Of a stretch of 64,000 nt of DNA, positions 45,452-56,184 are shown piece by piece; the first letter of the stretch is position 1, and each line of letters starts with the position of its first letter. This stretch comes from an uncultured Gammaproteobacteria bacterium. GTDB taxonomy: Bacteria; Patescibacteriota; Patescibacteriia; UBA1558; UBA10009. The notes below the pieces were generated by a model, which was not told the origin of the DNA, did no database searches, and was given only the letters and a program-made list of their open reading frames with translations. The DNA is taken from NCBI GenBank assembly GCA_964588165.1, contig CAZPMS010000003.1, positions 10,031 to 74,030 of the forward strand, written 5' to 3'. The position numbers were made by a program, and so were the translations under genes.

Positions 45452-45537
45452 CTACTTGGAATTTATTCCAAAAAGACCTTGTAACAATTTGAGGTCTTTT
45501 ATTATTCAAAAATGATTTATGGTATAATGTAGGGTAG

Positions 45538-46797
45538 ATGAGAAATAAATTTCAAAAAATTAGCCTAACAATTTTGGCTCTATTTATAGCAGTCAATTTT
45601 TTGTTACCCGCGTCACTATTGGCTCAAGACGGGCAGGGGAGTACTGATGAATTTGTCCAGCAGTTTGATCCGGAAATCCAAAGGTTAAAGGACGAAATCC
45701 AGGATTACCAAGACCAGCTGGATGAATTAACTAAACAACGCCAAGCTTACGAGCACAGCATTAATGCCAAACGGCAAGAAATAAATAACTTAAGGAACCA
45801 AGTTGGCATTTTAGAAGATAGCATGGCTAAATACGCCTTGGAAATTCAATCTACAGAATTACAGATAGAAAAAACCAATTTGGAAATAGAAAACACCCAG
45901 TTGGAAATAAACCATAAAGAGCAAGAAATTGTAAATCAGCGCCAAAAAATGTCCGACGTGATAAATACTATCAATAAAATGGATAGGAAGAAAAGTTATT
46001 TGGAAGTATTAATTTTAAAAGGTGATTTAGGCAGTTTTTTTAAGGAAGTAAATGAACTTCAGGTATTAGAAGAAAGCTTAAATGAAGATTTAAATATTTT
46101 AGCCGAACTAAAAAAACAGTTAGATACTAAAAAAAATATTTTTGAAAAAAGGCGTGATCAATTAAACAGCCTTAAAGATAAGCTGGAAGCCAATAATGAA
46201 CGCTTAGTAATAGATAGAAATGTTAAAAATCAAATTGTTGCACAAACATTGGGACAAGAGGCAAATTTTCAACAGCTTTTGGAAGAAGTGAAAGCCGAGC
46301 AATCCCAAATAAATGCTGATATCCAAAATTTAGAAATAGTAGCCCGAAAAAGGCTTTTAGAAACCGAGGGGGTTTTACCCAATGATGACGGTTTTATCTG
46401 GCCTATTCCTTCCAGAAGAGTCACAGCTTATTTTCATGATCCGGATTATCCTTACCGTTACATTTTTGAACACCCGGCCATTGATATAGGTAGTACGCCG
46501 CAAGGCACGCCCATTAGGGCAGCACGTTCCGGTTATGTAGCTAGAGTAAAATTTGATGGAAGTTCTAAGTATGGCTATATTTTAGTGGTTCATACAGATG
46601 GGCTTTCTACTGTTTATGGCCATATAAGTAAACCATATATAAATGAAGATGATTTCGTGGTCCAGGGCGAAGTAATAGCTTTATCCGGTGGCAGTCCAGG
46701 AACTTCAGGTGCTGGCAGTTTAACTACAGGTGCTCATTTACATTTCGAAGTAAGATTAAATGGTATTCCAGTTGACCCGTTAAACTATTTGCCTTAA
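45538..46797 (+). CDS. M23/LytM-family peptidoglycan endopeptidase with an N-terminal coiled coil (EnvC-like)
   Basis: Signal/TM, a long coiled-coil region, and a C-terminal HxxxD...GxHLHFE LytM domain. Confidence 0.8.
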   Translation: MRNKFQKISLTILALFIAVNFLLPASLLAQDGQGSTDEFVQQFDPEIQRLKDEIQDYQDQLDELTKQRQAYEHSINAKRQEINNLRNQVGILEDSMAKYALEIQSTELQIEKTNLEIENTQLEINHKEQEIVNQRQKMSDVINTINKMDRKKSYLEVLILKGDLGSFFKEVNELQVLEESLNEDLNILAELKKQLDTKKNIFEKRRDQLNSLKDKLEANNERLVIDRNVKNQIVAQTLGQEANFQQLLEEVKAEQSQINADIQNLEIVARKRLLETEGVLPNDDGFIWPIPSRRVTAYFHDPDYPYRYIFEHPAIDIGSTPQGTPIRAARSGYVARVKFDGSSKYGYILVVHTDGLSTVYGHISKPYINEDDFVVQGEVIALSGGSPGTSGAGSLTTGAHLHFEVRLNGIPVDPLNYLP

Positions 46798-47131
46798 TAT
46801 TTTGCGACACTAAAAATATCAACCAAATAAAAAACAGGGGATTAAAAGCCCTATTTTTTAATTTTTATGATACTAGTCGTCCAAGATATTCCAGAAGGCC
46901 AAGATGCCGATTATAAAAAATATATAAACCCAAACCGAAACATTATTTTGCATCAAAATAAATAAAACAACAATTGAAAATAGAAGTAATATTATTTTTT
47001 TACCCATTTATATATTATTTTAATTATTATTAATAACTACGGTAGGGAAAAGGGCTTTTTTAGTATATTTTAAGATAGTAGATGTGTCGCACAATATATC
47101 TTATACGAACCTATAATATAGGCTTTAGCCT

Positions 47132-47986
47132 TTACTTATATATAACCTGGTTTTCTACCCTTAAATTAATATAATTTACTTTGTTTAAATCTATCTTGCC
47201 TACCAATAAAGATTGTTTAAGTTTATTTATTTGGCTGCCAAAACTTGTAAGATAATTAACGTGGATTTCAAAACCTTGTTTTGTGACAATTTTTATATAA
47301 TTACTATCTGGGCTATCTACTTTAAAATAATCTAAATCAATAACCGGCAGCTCATAACTGGTAAAAGTTTGATAACTTTCCAAAATTAAGTCTACCAGCT
47401 GCTTATTTACCAATTGTTGGTTTATATCAAATAAAACATTGGATGAATCATATATAACCGGCACTTCTACATTTACCAGGTCCTTTATTGGAAGTTGTTT
47501 TTCTATAATCCCTTCTAAATTAAGTATATAAAATTGTTCGTTAGAAATCCAGATCATCTGGCCCAGCTTATCAGTTAAGTTAATATTTAAAGTATGCGGA
47601 AATTTCTTTTTTATTTCCAATTCAACCAACAAGCCTTGTTCATCAAATTTATCTTGGATTCTTTTGGTTTTAACAAAAAAATAGTTATCGCCAGGGAATA
47701 AACCAAGTCTTGACTGTTCCAAGGCCTGCCAAACGAAATTTTCCACTTCTTCTGTTGCCACTTCCGAATTTCTGGAAATGTTTAAATATAAAATCCTAAA
47801 ATATTTAGAATAAAAAAACAAGTATCCCAAGTAGGCCAAAATTAAAATAAATGCAATTACAAATACTTTTTTTCTTAGCCTAACCGCAGATTCAAAATCA
47901 AACTCATGAGTCCGCTTGCTGCGGTTTCTTAATAATTGGGAAGGCCTTCTTTTACCATAAGAAAGCCTGGAAAATTTATTAGACAT
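47132..47986 (-). CDS. ftsQ: Cell-division protein FtsQ/DivIB-like (TM + POTRA)
   Basis: Cytoplasmic basic N-terminus, a single TM, a POTRA-like region. Directly downstream of ddl (conserved ddl-ftsQ order). Confidence 0.55.
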   Translation of the reverse strand: MSNKFSRLSYGKRRPSQLLRNRSKRTHEFDFESAVRLRKKVFVIAFILILAYLGYLFFYSKYFRILYLNISRNSEVATEEVENFVWQALEQSRLGLFPGDNYFFVKTKRIQDKFDEQGLLVELEIKKKFPHTLNINLTDKLGQMIWISNEQFYILNLEGIIEKQLPIKDLVNVEVPVIYDSSNVLFDINQQLVNKQLVDLILESYQTFTSYELPVIDLDYFKVDSPDSNYIKIVTKQGFEIHVNYLTSFGSQINKLKQSLLVGKIDLNKVNYINLRVENQVIYK

Positions 47987-48998
47987 TTATATTTGAACCT
48001 AATTCAAACGTGGTTTTTAACCTATTTTTCTCCTGATGGCGTTCTACAGCTAAATTTATTAATTCGTCCAACAATTTTTCATACGGCAAACCAGAGGCCT
48101 CCCATAGTTTTGGATACATACTTATTTTTGTAAAACCGGGTATGGTATTAACCTCATTTATAAAAATTTTATCTTTATTAATTAAAAAATCTACTCTGGC
48201 CATACCGCATAAATCTAAAGCCTTAAATGCCTTTATAGACATTTCCTGAACGTTTTTAATTATTTTGGCAGAAAGTTCGGCTGGAATTACTAACTTGGTC
48301 TTATTATCTATATACTTATCATTATAACTGTAAAAATCATCATCTGGAATTATTTCACCAAGAACCGATGCTTTAGGCTCATCATTGCCTAAAACTGCAC
48401 ATTCAATTTCATTACAGTTTTCTATGGATTCTTCTATAATAATCCTTCTATCATATTTAACTGCTTCATTAATTGATTCAACAAGTTCTTTTTTATTATT
48501 AACCTTATTAATTCCCACAGATGAACCTAAATTGGCCGGTTTTACAAATATTGGATAGTTTAAACTTGATTCAATTTGATCTATAATTTCAGATTGATTT
48601 TTCTGCCAATCTTTTGACAAAAAATGCTCAAAATTTACATTATTTAAGCCAGCTGTCTCAAAAAGCTGTTTCGCAACTATTTTATCCATAGCCGCAGCCG
48701 AACCAATCACACCAGCGCCAACATAAGGCAGATTGGCCATTTCTAATAAACCTTGAATTTTTCCATCTTCGCCGTAAGTACCATGCAGGATAGGTAAAAT
48801 CACATCAAAACTCTGCTGGTTTGGATCTGCTGATATAATATTGTTGGACCATTTGCCGTCTTTGGTAATTGTTATTGGTACAGCATCATATTTATTTTTA
48901 TCTAAGGAGTTAATAACCGACTTACCTGAAACCAAAGAAACTTCGTATTCCCCACTCATACCTCCCATTATTACCCCTACCCTCTTTTTTGATGACAT
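47979..48998 (-). CDS. ddl: D-alanine--D-alanine ligase
   Basis: ATP-grasp Ddl blocks ([31 protein letters not shown]). Confidence 0.9.
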   Translation of the reverse strand: MSSKKRVGVIMGGMSGEYEVSLVSGKSVINSLDKNKYDAVPITITKDGKWSNNIISADPNQQSFDVILPILHGTYGEDGKIQGLLEMANLPYVGAGVIGSAAAMDKIVAKQLFETAGLNNVNFEHFLSKDWQKNQSEIIDQIESSLNYPIFVKPANLGSSVGINKVNNKKELVESINEAVKYDRRIIIEESIENCNEIECAVLGNDEPKASVLGEIIPDDDFYSYNDKYIDNKTKLVIPAELSAKIIKNVQEMSIKAFKALDLCGMARVDFLINKDKIFINEVNTIPGFTKISMYPKLWEASGLPYEKLLDELINLAVERHQEKNRLKTTFELGSNINV

Positions 48999-49019
48999 AG
49001 TTCTATGCGTCGTAAAATA

Positions 49020-49412
49020 TTAATCATTAATTATCAAATCTTTAATTTTACATTTTTTTATTTCTCCATCAACTTTAAGAATTATCCAGGTTTCTGCCCC
49101 ATAAAAATTTATTAACTCTTTACAAGTTTGGCAGGGCGTTATAATAGTTGGTTTTTTCACGTCCCTCATTTGGATTGAAACTATTGTATCAAATTCTTTT
49201 TCTCCATTTGATGCTGCCATTCCTATTGCTACATGCTCTGCACAAACATCAACATTTTGAGATTCAAGGTGAACTCCGGCATAAGTTTGCCCAGATTTTG
49301 CCCTAACAGCAGCGCCAACATGATGCTTGCCTAATAAAAAATTATTCTGGATAACTTTTGTAGCCACATCAATCAACTCTTGATCTTCTTCTGTGATATT
49401 AATAAATTTCAT
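49020..49412 (-). CDS. cdd: Cytidine/deoxycytidylate deaminase-family zinc enzyme
   Basis: CAE...PCQTC zinc-binding arrangement. 130 aa. Confidence 0.6.
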   Translation of the reverse strand: MKFINITEEDQELIDVATKVIQNNFLLGKHHVGAAVRAKSGQTYAGVHLESQNVDVCAEHVAIGMAASNGEKEFDTIVSIQMRDVKKPTIITPCQTCKELINFYGAETWIILKVDGEIKKCKIKDLIIND

Positions 49413-49430
49413 TTTTTATAGCACCAATTT

Positions 49431-50162
49431 CTATTTAATTAATAAAGTTAAGGCACTTATAATTATTACAATAATAAAAGCTCTTTTTATCCAAACATTC
49501 CCTAGCTTAATTCCTAATATAGCACCTACCCAGGCACCCAGTCCAGTAGCCACAAACATAGTTGCAGCTACCTGCCAATCAACTAATCCAGCAAATATCA
49601 ATATTACAACCGAAACTAATCCTACTGATAATGCTGCTATTTTCCTAGTTGCTGCAGATTGTAAAAATGTTAGACCTAAAAAAATATACAAATATGTAAA
49701 CCATAAACCGGTTAAAGCAAAGAGGCCTCCTAAAAAACCAGCTACTATCGCTAAAAACCAACCTATTATAAATCTAATTTTAGTGATTTTTATCTCTTTA
49801 ATTCCGATTTTAGATTTATAAAATATTAAAATCAATGAAATAATAATTACTAGGCCGATTAGCTTCTCAAATAATTCCTGATTTATCTCAATGACTATAT
49901 AAGTCCCGAGTATTGTTCCAATTAATGTTGGTATAAGAAGTAAAACCCCTAGCTTCCATTTTACTAAGTTAAACTGATTGAATTTTATTAATGAAAAATT
50001 ATGAGAGAGCGCTCCAAATCTATTTGTGGCAATTGCTTCGGACGGTGACAGACCAAAAAATATTAGTAATGGCAATAGTATCATTCCTCCGCCACCAACA
50101 GTAACACTTATAATTCTCACAAGAAAAGTTATAACAAATATTATTGATAACTCCAAAAACAT
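49431..50162 (-). CDS. TauE/SafE (DUF81) family anion exporter
   Basis: 7-8 TM with Gly-rich repeats (VGGGGMILLPLLIFFG, GAILGIKLG). Confidence 0.65.
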   Translation of the reverse strand: MFLELSIIFVITFLVRIISVTVGGGGMILLPLLIFFGLSPSEAIATNRFGALSHNFSLIKFNQFNLVKWKLGVLLLIPTLIGTILGTYIVIEINQELFEKLIGLVIIISLILIFYKSKIGIKEIKITKIRFIIGWFLAIVAGFLGGLFALTGLWFTYLYIFLGLTFLQSAATRKIAALSVGLVSVVILIFAGLVDWQVAATMFVATGLGAWVGAILGIKLGNVWIKRAFIIVIIISALTLLIK

Positions 50163-50164
50163 AA

Positions 50165-51328
50165 TTACTTAATTATCTTCCTTGGCAACAACGGATTTAT
50201 CCTGGTTACCACTTCGTAATTAATAGTATTTAATTTATTGGCCATTTCATCAACCGTAATTTCCTCTATCCCACGTCCCGAACCTTGTTGAGGGGCCTGC
50301 CTGCCTATTAAAACTACTTCATCTTCCACTTTTATATCATCTATATCAGTAACATCAACCATGCACATATTCATACAAATTCGGCCTAAAATTTTAGCCC
50401 GCAGGCCTTTTATTAAAACATTGCCAATATTGGAATATCCCCTATCCAGACCATCCCAATAACCCACTGGCAAAATGGCTATCTTAGAATCTCTGTTTAA
50501 TCTTTCGCTGCAGCCATAACCGATTGGCATATCTTTTTTAATAGTTTTAATTTGAGCAATAAATGTTTTCCAAGATAAAACTTGCTTTAGGGTTAATAGC
50601 TTCCGATGTTTTTCGGCTGTTAGCCTGGTTTCGTTACTGCTCCAAAGGCCATAAGTGCTTATGCCGGGCCTTACCAGATCAAAATGAGTCTGTTTATATA
50701 AAATTGTGGCTGCACTGCAGGCGGTGTGCTTTAAAGGGATTTTTATTTTATGCTCATCAAGTAAATAGATAGTATTATTAAAAATTTCTAATTGTTTAAA
50801 GGCAAAACTGTGGTCCAGAGTATCTTCAATATTAGCAAAGTGGGTATATAAGCCTTCAATTTTAATATGAGAAAACTTTTTTATACTGTTTATGAAATCT
50901 AAAATATCTGCCGGGTCTATTCCCTGCCGGCCCGTTCCGGTTTCTAGTTTTAAATGAACCTTAATTGATTTTTTTAACTGGCCTAATTTTTTTATGGTAG
51001 CCAAATTATAAACCACCAAGGCAACATCTTTTAATTTAACTAAATCGGATAGTTCATCCAGCTTAACATAGCCTAAAATTAAAATTGGTTTTAAAATTTT
51101 ATGGCTTCTTAATATTTGTGCCTCGGCCAAAGAATTTACGCCAAAAAAATCCACACCGTCTTTTACTAAAACTTTAGTGGTTTCAACTAAGCCGTGCCCA
51201 TAAGCATTGGCTTTTACCGGCACCATAAGTTTAACCTTTGTGCCGATTAATTTCCTGAATTGTGCTAAATTATGAATTAAGGCAGGCTCGCTTATTTCAA
51301 CCCAGCTATTTTTATATATCATTGACAA
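50165..51328 (-). CDS. alr: Alanine racemase
   Basis: PLP-lysine motif VKANAYGHG. 387 aa. Confidence 0.9.
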   Translation of the reverse strand: MSMIYKNSWVEISEPALIHNLAQFRKLIGTKVKLMVPVKANAYGHGLVETTKVLVKDGVDFFGVNSLAEAQILRSHKILKPILILGYVKLDELSDLVKLKDVALVVYNLATIKKLGQLKKSIKVHLKLETGTGRQGIDPADILDFINSIKKFSHIKIEGLYTHFANIEDTLDHSFAFKQLEIFNNTIYLLDEHKIKIPLKHTACSAATILYKQTHFDLVRPGISTYGLWSSNETRLTAEKHRKLLTLKQVLSWKTFIAQIKTIKKDMPIGYGCSERLNRDSKIAILPVGYWDGLDRGYSNIGNVLIKGLRAKILGRICMNMCMVDVTDIDDIKVEDEVVLIGRQAPQQGSGRGIEEITVDEMANKLNTINYEVVTRINPLLPRKIIK

Positions 51329-51536
51329 TAACTTATTAATATATTATGATAAGATATCATTGTTCATCAACGAGGCACAAAATGTCCGGACAAACCATAG
51401 TCGTAAAAGGAAACGATATTATTTCACACCTATTGAGGTGGTACTTATCAATCTCAAACCGTGAAATTGTATTAAGAATTCCCGTTGGCATTTGGACTGT
51501 TGACCATTGGTCACACTTTGCCACTATACGTCGATA

Positions 51537-52787
51537 CTAACTATCGGCGTTTTTTATTTTTTCTAAGCCTAAAAATTTTTGTAGAACTTTAGGAACTTTT
51601 ACTGAACCGTCTTTTTGCTGGAACTGTTCTAAAATTGCCGGAATAAGTCTGGATGTTGCCAATCCGGATGCATTTAGAGTATGAACAAATTCTTTTTTAC
51701 CGTTATCTTTAAATTTGACGTTGCCTCTTCTTGCTTGATAATCCAAAGCATTGGAAACGCTTGATACTTCTTTATAAACTTTCATGGAAGGAATCCAAAC
51801 TTCCAAGTCAACAGTTTTAGCCATAGCGGCACTGGCATCCCCGGCAGCCAAAAGCGATGTTTGGAAATGCAAACCCAAACCCTCAACAAGTTCCTGAGCT
51901 TGTTTTAGTAATTCATCAAAGGCCTGCCAGGAATCTTCAGGCTTGGTAAACTGGAACATTTCTATTTTGTTAAATTGATGCCCTCTGATCATACCTCTTT
52001 CTTCTGCCCTATAACTTCCTGCCTCTCTCCTAAAACAGGTAGAAAAAGCAAAATATTTTAACGGCAGCTTCTCCGCATCTAAAATTTCATCCCTATGATA
52101 ATTGCCCAACATCATTTCAGCTGTGGCATTTAAACAAGTTTTGTCCTGGGTCCAAAACAGATCATCTTTAAATTTTGGCAGATGTCCTGAAACATAAGCT
52201 GACTCCTCGTTTAGTAAATATGGAGGAATTAAAAATGTATATTTGTTCTTCCTATGAAATTCAATAAAATAATTTAACAGTGCCCACTCCAGCAAAGCAC
52301 CATTGCCAGTGTAAGCCCAAAAACCTGTGCCGGACATTTTAACTGCCCTTTCGTAATCAATTAAGCCTAAAGTGGTTGCCAGTTCTATATGGTCTTTGGC
52401 CTTAAATTTAAACTCAGGTTTTTTGCCAAAAGAATCATCCAAAACTTCATTTTTTTCCTTGCCACCGGCCGGAACACCATCAGCCGGGATATTTGGCAAA
52501 GCCGACATTAACTTATTTAATTTACCTTGGACATCTAAAACATTAGCATCTGCATCCTTAATCTCTCTTTTTAAAGTTCTCAATCTTTTAATAACCTGCG
52601 GTTCCGGTTTAGATTTAGATAATTTATTTTGTTCTGCTTTTAATTCTTCAGCTTTAACTATAAATTTGCGACGCTGTTCGTCCAAATTTAAAATTTTATC
52701 TAAATCCAAATCAGCTTTGGGCATTCTTTTTAGTAAAGCCTTGGCTACTTCATTTTTATTCTCTTTGATTTTATTAATGTCTAGCAT
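51537..52787 (-). CDS. serS: Seryl-tRNA synthetase
   Basis: N-terminal coiled-coil arm plus class II core motifs (FRREAGS, GLATSR). Confidence 0.9.
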   Translation of the reverse strand: MLDINKIKENKNEVAKALLKRMPKADLDLDKILNLDEQRRKFIVKAEELKAEQNKLSKSKPEPQVIKRLRTLKREIKDADANVLDVQGKLNKLMSALPNIPADGVPAGGKEKNEVLDDSFGKKPEFKFKAKDHIELATTLGLIDYERAVKMSGTGFWAYTGNGALLEWALLNYFIEFHRKNKYTFLIPPYLLNEESAYVSGHLPKFKDDLFWTQDKTCLNATAEMMLGNYHRDEILDAEKLPLKYFAFSTCFRREAGSYRAEERGMIRGHQFNKIEMFQFTKPEDSWQAFDELLKQAQELVEGLGLHFQTSLLAAGDASAAMAKTVDLEVWIPSMKVYKEVSSVSNALDYQARRGNVKFKDNGKKEFVHTLNASGLATSRLIPAILEQFQQKDGSVKVPKVLQKFLGLEKIKNADS

Positions 52788-52852
52788 ATTTTGAAAATTA
52801 AGGATTAAGGATTAAGGAAGAATTTAATCAATCCTTAGTCCTTAGTCCTGAA

Positions 52853-53437
52853 TTATAGAAACTTCACAATCTCTTCTATATTTTTTCTGCGATGGTTAAT
52901 TTGATTATATTCATCATCAGTAAGTTCTGATAAATTTTTATTAAAAACTTTCTCTATAAAAAATGCGCGGTACGGGAAGCCTTCCGGGTAATTATCATTA
53001 TATTCATCTGTTAAAAAACCTTCTATGGAATTGGTTGAACAATGCAAATCGCTATTTGATTTTGCCAAACACAGAGTAGCGGTAAATTTAGCCTGGCGTT
53101 TATCCTCTGGAATTCTTTTTACTACCTTCTGCAAATGATCCACAATTTCTTGGTCTGTTGCCTCAAATCCCATCCATCTGCGGGATTTCACGCCCGGTTC
53201 ACCATTTAGATAATCAATAGTAAAGCCTCCGTCTTCAGCTAAAGTTGGCATTTTAGCTAAATTATAATAAAAGCTGGCTTTATCTTCTGCGTTGGCTTTA
53301 AAAGTGTCTTTATTTTCTTCAAACTTATCAGTTATGCCCAAAGTGTTTAAGGTTTCCACTTTAAAGTCTTTTTCCACCAAAATCCTTTTGTAATCTTTTA
53401 TTTTAGCAGGATTGTGAGTGGCAATTAAAACCTTCAT
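52853..53437 (-). CDS. rdgB: Non-canonical purine NTP pyrophosphatase (Ham1/RdgB)
   Basis: N-terminal ATHNPAKIKDY and the Ham1 fold pattern. Confidence 0.8.
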   Translation of the reverse strand: MKVLIATHNPAKIKDYKRILVEKDFKVETLNTLGITDKFEENKDTFKANAEDKASFYYNLAKMPTLAEDGGFTIDYLNGEPGVKSRRWMGFEATDQEIVDHLQKVVKRIPEDKRQAKFTATLCLAKSNSDLHCSTNSIEGFLTDEYNDNYPEGFPYRAFFIEKVFNKNLSELTDDEYNQINHRRKNIEEIVKFL

Positions 53438-55351
53438 CTAATTAAATAATTTAAAGTCTTTGGTTAATTTTTTAACTGAATCAATCTTGCCATAAACCAG
53501 AGCACCTAAATATTCAACTTCTTCATGTTTTTTTTGTGAAGTTATTTTGGCAATTTTTTTATCATCAGTGGTTTCTAACATTTCTCTGGTGAACTCTGCA
53601 ATCTCCAATTCCTTTTCTTTAGCTTTGTTAATTAGTTTTAAAATATCTTTGTTGGATTTTGCCTCTTTTATCATTATGGCATGCTGAATATTGAGTTTAA
53701 TTTCATCATTATCTTTTGTAAAAATTGAATCTTGTTGCAATAAATCTTTACCTTCTCTGGCGCCAAAAGCTGCAGTTAAATGAGCCACTGTATTCATTTC
53801 TTCCCAATCCTCTAAATCTAATTCTTTATTTACAAGAATCACCGCCATCATGGTTTCTTTAGATTTGCCTGCTTTACTAACTTTTTGGCCTTCTGGTTTT
53901 AGGGTTGGGAACAAAATTACTTCTTTAATATTGTGTGTGTTTGTAAGAATATTAACCAGCCTATCAATCCCCATGCCAAGTCCGGCTGTTGGCGGCATGC
54001 CATATTTTAAGGCTTCTATAAATTCATCGTCCTTACCCATGGCTTCTTCATCACCTTTGGCCGTTAAGCTCTGTTGGAACTTAAACCTTTCTTCTTGGTC
54101 TATTGGATCATTAAGTTCAGAAAAAGCGTTCATTAGTTCAATTTTGCCCCCAACAATAAGTTGGAAACGTTCTACATAATTTTCTCGGCCGACAATTTTT
54201 TTTGCCAGTGGTGAAAGCTCTATTGGATGATTAATTATATAAGTTGGGTTTATCATATTAGTCCGGACAAACTTCTTAAATAATTCATCAGCTATTTTAC
54301 CTTTGCCCCAAAACTCTTCTACTCTTAAACCTTTTTTCTTAGCTTCTTTAGTTAATGATTTGGCATCATGCTTATCTAAATCAATCTTTGCTTCTTTAAG
54401 CAAAGCTTCTCTAAAATCCAATCTGGGATACGGCCCTTTGAAATCAATTTTATGTCCGTCGTACTCCACTTTGGTTTTACCGACTACGTTTTTTACCAAC
54501 GCCGGCATAAACTTTTCCATAAACTTCATTAAGCCTTCATAATCCTGGTAAGCCCAATAAAATTCTATTTGGCTAAACTCCGGATTATGGGCATAATCAA
54601 CCCCTTCATTCCTAAAACATCTGGCAATTTCAAAAACCTTTTCGTAACCGCCAACAATTAATTCTTTTAAATACAGTTCCGGCGCAATCCTTAAATACAT
54701 ATCCGTATCCAAAGCATTATGATGGGTTTTAAACGGCTTTGCTATAGCCCCAGAAGCCACTTGCTGCAAAATTGGCGTATCAACCTCTATAAAACCTTCT
54801 TTAATGAAATAATCTCTAATAAATTGGATTAACTTGCTTCTTACGCTGAAAATATTTTTTACTTCCGGGTTTGAAATAAGGTCTAAATATCTTTTTCTGA
54901 ATCTGGTTTCTACATCAGAAAGGCCGTGCCATTTTTCTGGCAATGGCAAAATTGACTTTGTTAACATTTTAAAGTTTTTTACTAAAACTGACTTCTCTCC
55001 CCTCTTGGTGGTAAAAGGGCTGCCGGTTATTTCTATAAAATCACCAACATCAAATGAATTTTTGAAGAATCTGTAATCTTTATCGCCCACTTCATCTTTT
55101 TTAAAGTAAGCCTGGATTTTGCCCGATTCGTCTTCTAAATTCACAAAACACGAACCACCATGCAACCTGATTGACCTTAGCCGGCCAACAATGGTGAATT
55201 TCTTCAATTTTTTAAAATCAGCCAAAACCTGGCCAATTTGATGAGTTCTTTTTACTTCTTTGGGATAAGGATTAATACCATTTTTTTTGATTGTTTTCAG
55301 ACGATTTAACCTAATTTTGTTTTCATCTGAATAGTTTATTTTTTCCGTCAT
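53438..55351 (-). CDS. lysS: Lysyl-tRNA synthetase (class II) with a C-terminal extension of about 140 aa
   Basis: OB-fold anticodon domain, class II motifs (FRNEG, GMGIDRL). 637 aa against a typical length of about 500. Confidence 0.85.
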   Translation of the reverse strand: MTEKINYSDENKIRLNRLKTIKKNGINPYPKEVKRTHQIGQVLADFKKLKKFTIVGRLRSIRLHGGSCFVNLEDESGKIQAYFKKDEVGDKDYRFFKNSFDVGDFIEITGSPFTTKRGEKSVLVKNFKMLTKSILPLPEKWHGLSDVETRFRKRYLDLISNPEVKNIFSVRSKLIQFIRDYFIKEGFIEVDTPILQQVASGAIAKPFKTHHNALDTDMYLRIAPELYLKELIVGGYEKVFEIARCFRNEGVDYAHNPEFSQIEFYWAYQDYEGLMKFMEKFMPALVKNVVGKTKVEYDGHKIDFKGPYPRLDFREALLKEAKIDLDKHDAKSLTKEAKKKGLRVEEFWGKGKIADELFKKFVRTNMINPTYIINHPIELSPLAKKIVGRENYVERFQLIVGGKIELMNAFSELNDPIDQEERFKFQQSLTAKGDEEAMGKDDEFIEALKYGMPPTAGLGMGIDRLVNILTNTHNIKEVILFPTLKPEGQKVSKAGKSKETMMAVILVNKELDLEDWEEMNTVAHLTAAFGAREGKDLLQQDSIFTKDNDEIKLNIQHAIMIKEAKSNKDILKLINKAKEKELEIAEFTREMLETTDDKKIAKITSQKKHEEVEYLGALVYGKIDSVKKLTKDFKLFN

Positions 55352-55453
55352 AATAGAAAAATTATAGCTAAAAATTGATTATTTTACAATAGGTTATTGA
55401 ATTGTCCACAAATAGTGTTTGACAAAAATAAGATGATGTTTTAAACTTTAGAT

Positions 55454-55553
55454 TCTCCTCTCTCCATGTTCGCATGGAGTTCCGCGCCCGCCCGGTCTTC
55501 GGACCGGGCTCCTACAACAACAGGTTCAGAAACACATCTCTGAACCTTTTTTC
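55454..55553 (+). ncRNA. Putative sRNA unit 1
   Basis: TTGACA (55419-55424), 17-bp spacer, TAAACT. Two UUCG-capped hairpins (ctccatgTTCGcatggag, cccggtcTTCGgaccggg). Terminator ggttcagaaacacatctctgaacc plus U7. Confidence 0.4.
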
Positions 55554-55628
55554 TTTGTTTTAAAAAATTGCTAATTAATACCTTTGGGATGCCTTGACAA
55601 AAACTATAGATTAATATATAGTAATTTT

Positions 55629-55756
55629 TGCCTCCTGTTTATCTTTGTCTTCACCCAAGCATGAGGCATCTTCACTATATGTGAAGGAAAACTTGCCGGT
55701 CACTTACATCAGTAAGTGACGGAAAGGCTCAGAAGCGCAACTCTGGGCCTTTTTCT
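55629..55756 (+). ncRNA. Putative sRNA unit 2
   Basis: TTGACA (55594-55599), 17-bp spacer, TATAGT. Hairpin cacttacATCAGtaagtg. Terminator ggctcagaagcgcaactctgggcc plus a U-run. Confidence 0.4.
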
Positions 55757-55824
55757 TTGGTAAAAAAAATATAGAGCCATTAAGCTATCTTGACAAAAAT
55801 AAGCATTAATGTATAATGTTTTTG

Positions 55825-55947
55825 TCTCTTAATCAATCTCCACCCGATTTTGAGACGCCTCCCCAATTCGACCTGGGGAACTAACTGAGTCGCTTTCATC
55901 AGAAAGTGGCGAAAAGGTTCAGAAACACATCTCTGAACCTTTTTTTA
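55825..55947 (+). ncRNA. Putative sRNA unit 3
   Basis: TTGACA (55790-55795), 16-bp spacer, TATAAT. Hairpin gctttcATCAGaaagtg. Terminator identical to unit 1. Confidence 0.4.
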
Positions 55948-55988
55948 TCCACTTGTTGCAATTTTACTTTTCAAGATATAATTAAACT

Positions 55989-56152
55989 AATCATAGGAGA
56001 TTTTAATAACATTCGGTGAACCCACTCCCTTTTAGTTTTGTCAGACTGACCACCCCTTATTGAGCCTTCGGGGTTGACAATTCATACGCATACCGGGTAC
56101 ACCGAAACAATCAAAACGAGCCTGGCACTTTCCCCGTCAGGCTCTTATATTT
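55989..56152 (+). ncRNA. Putative sRNA unit 4
   Basis: TTGCAA, about 15-bp spacer, TATAAT. Terminator gagcctggcactttccccgtcaggctc. No ORF. Confidence 0.3.
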
Positions 56153-56184
56153 GACAACAATATTAAATCTTTTATAATAAAAAT

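Noticed and set aside
46873-47007. 44-aa - strand membrane peptide between the M23 peptidase gene and ftsQ
   Set aside because: It has no SD and lies in an AT-rich spacer bounded by an 8-bp inverted repeat (tgcgacac/gtgtcgca). The evidence is too weak to call a gene.
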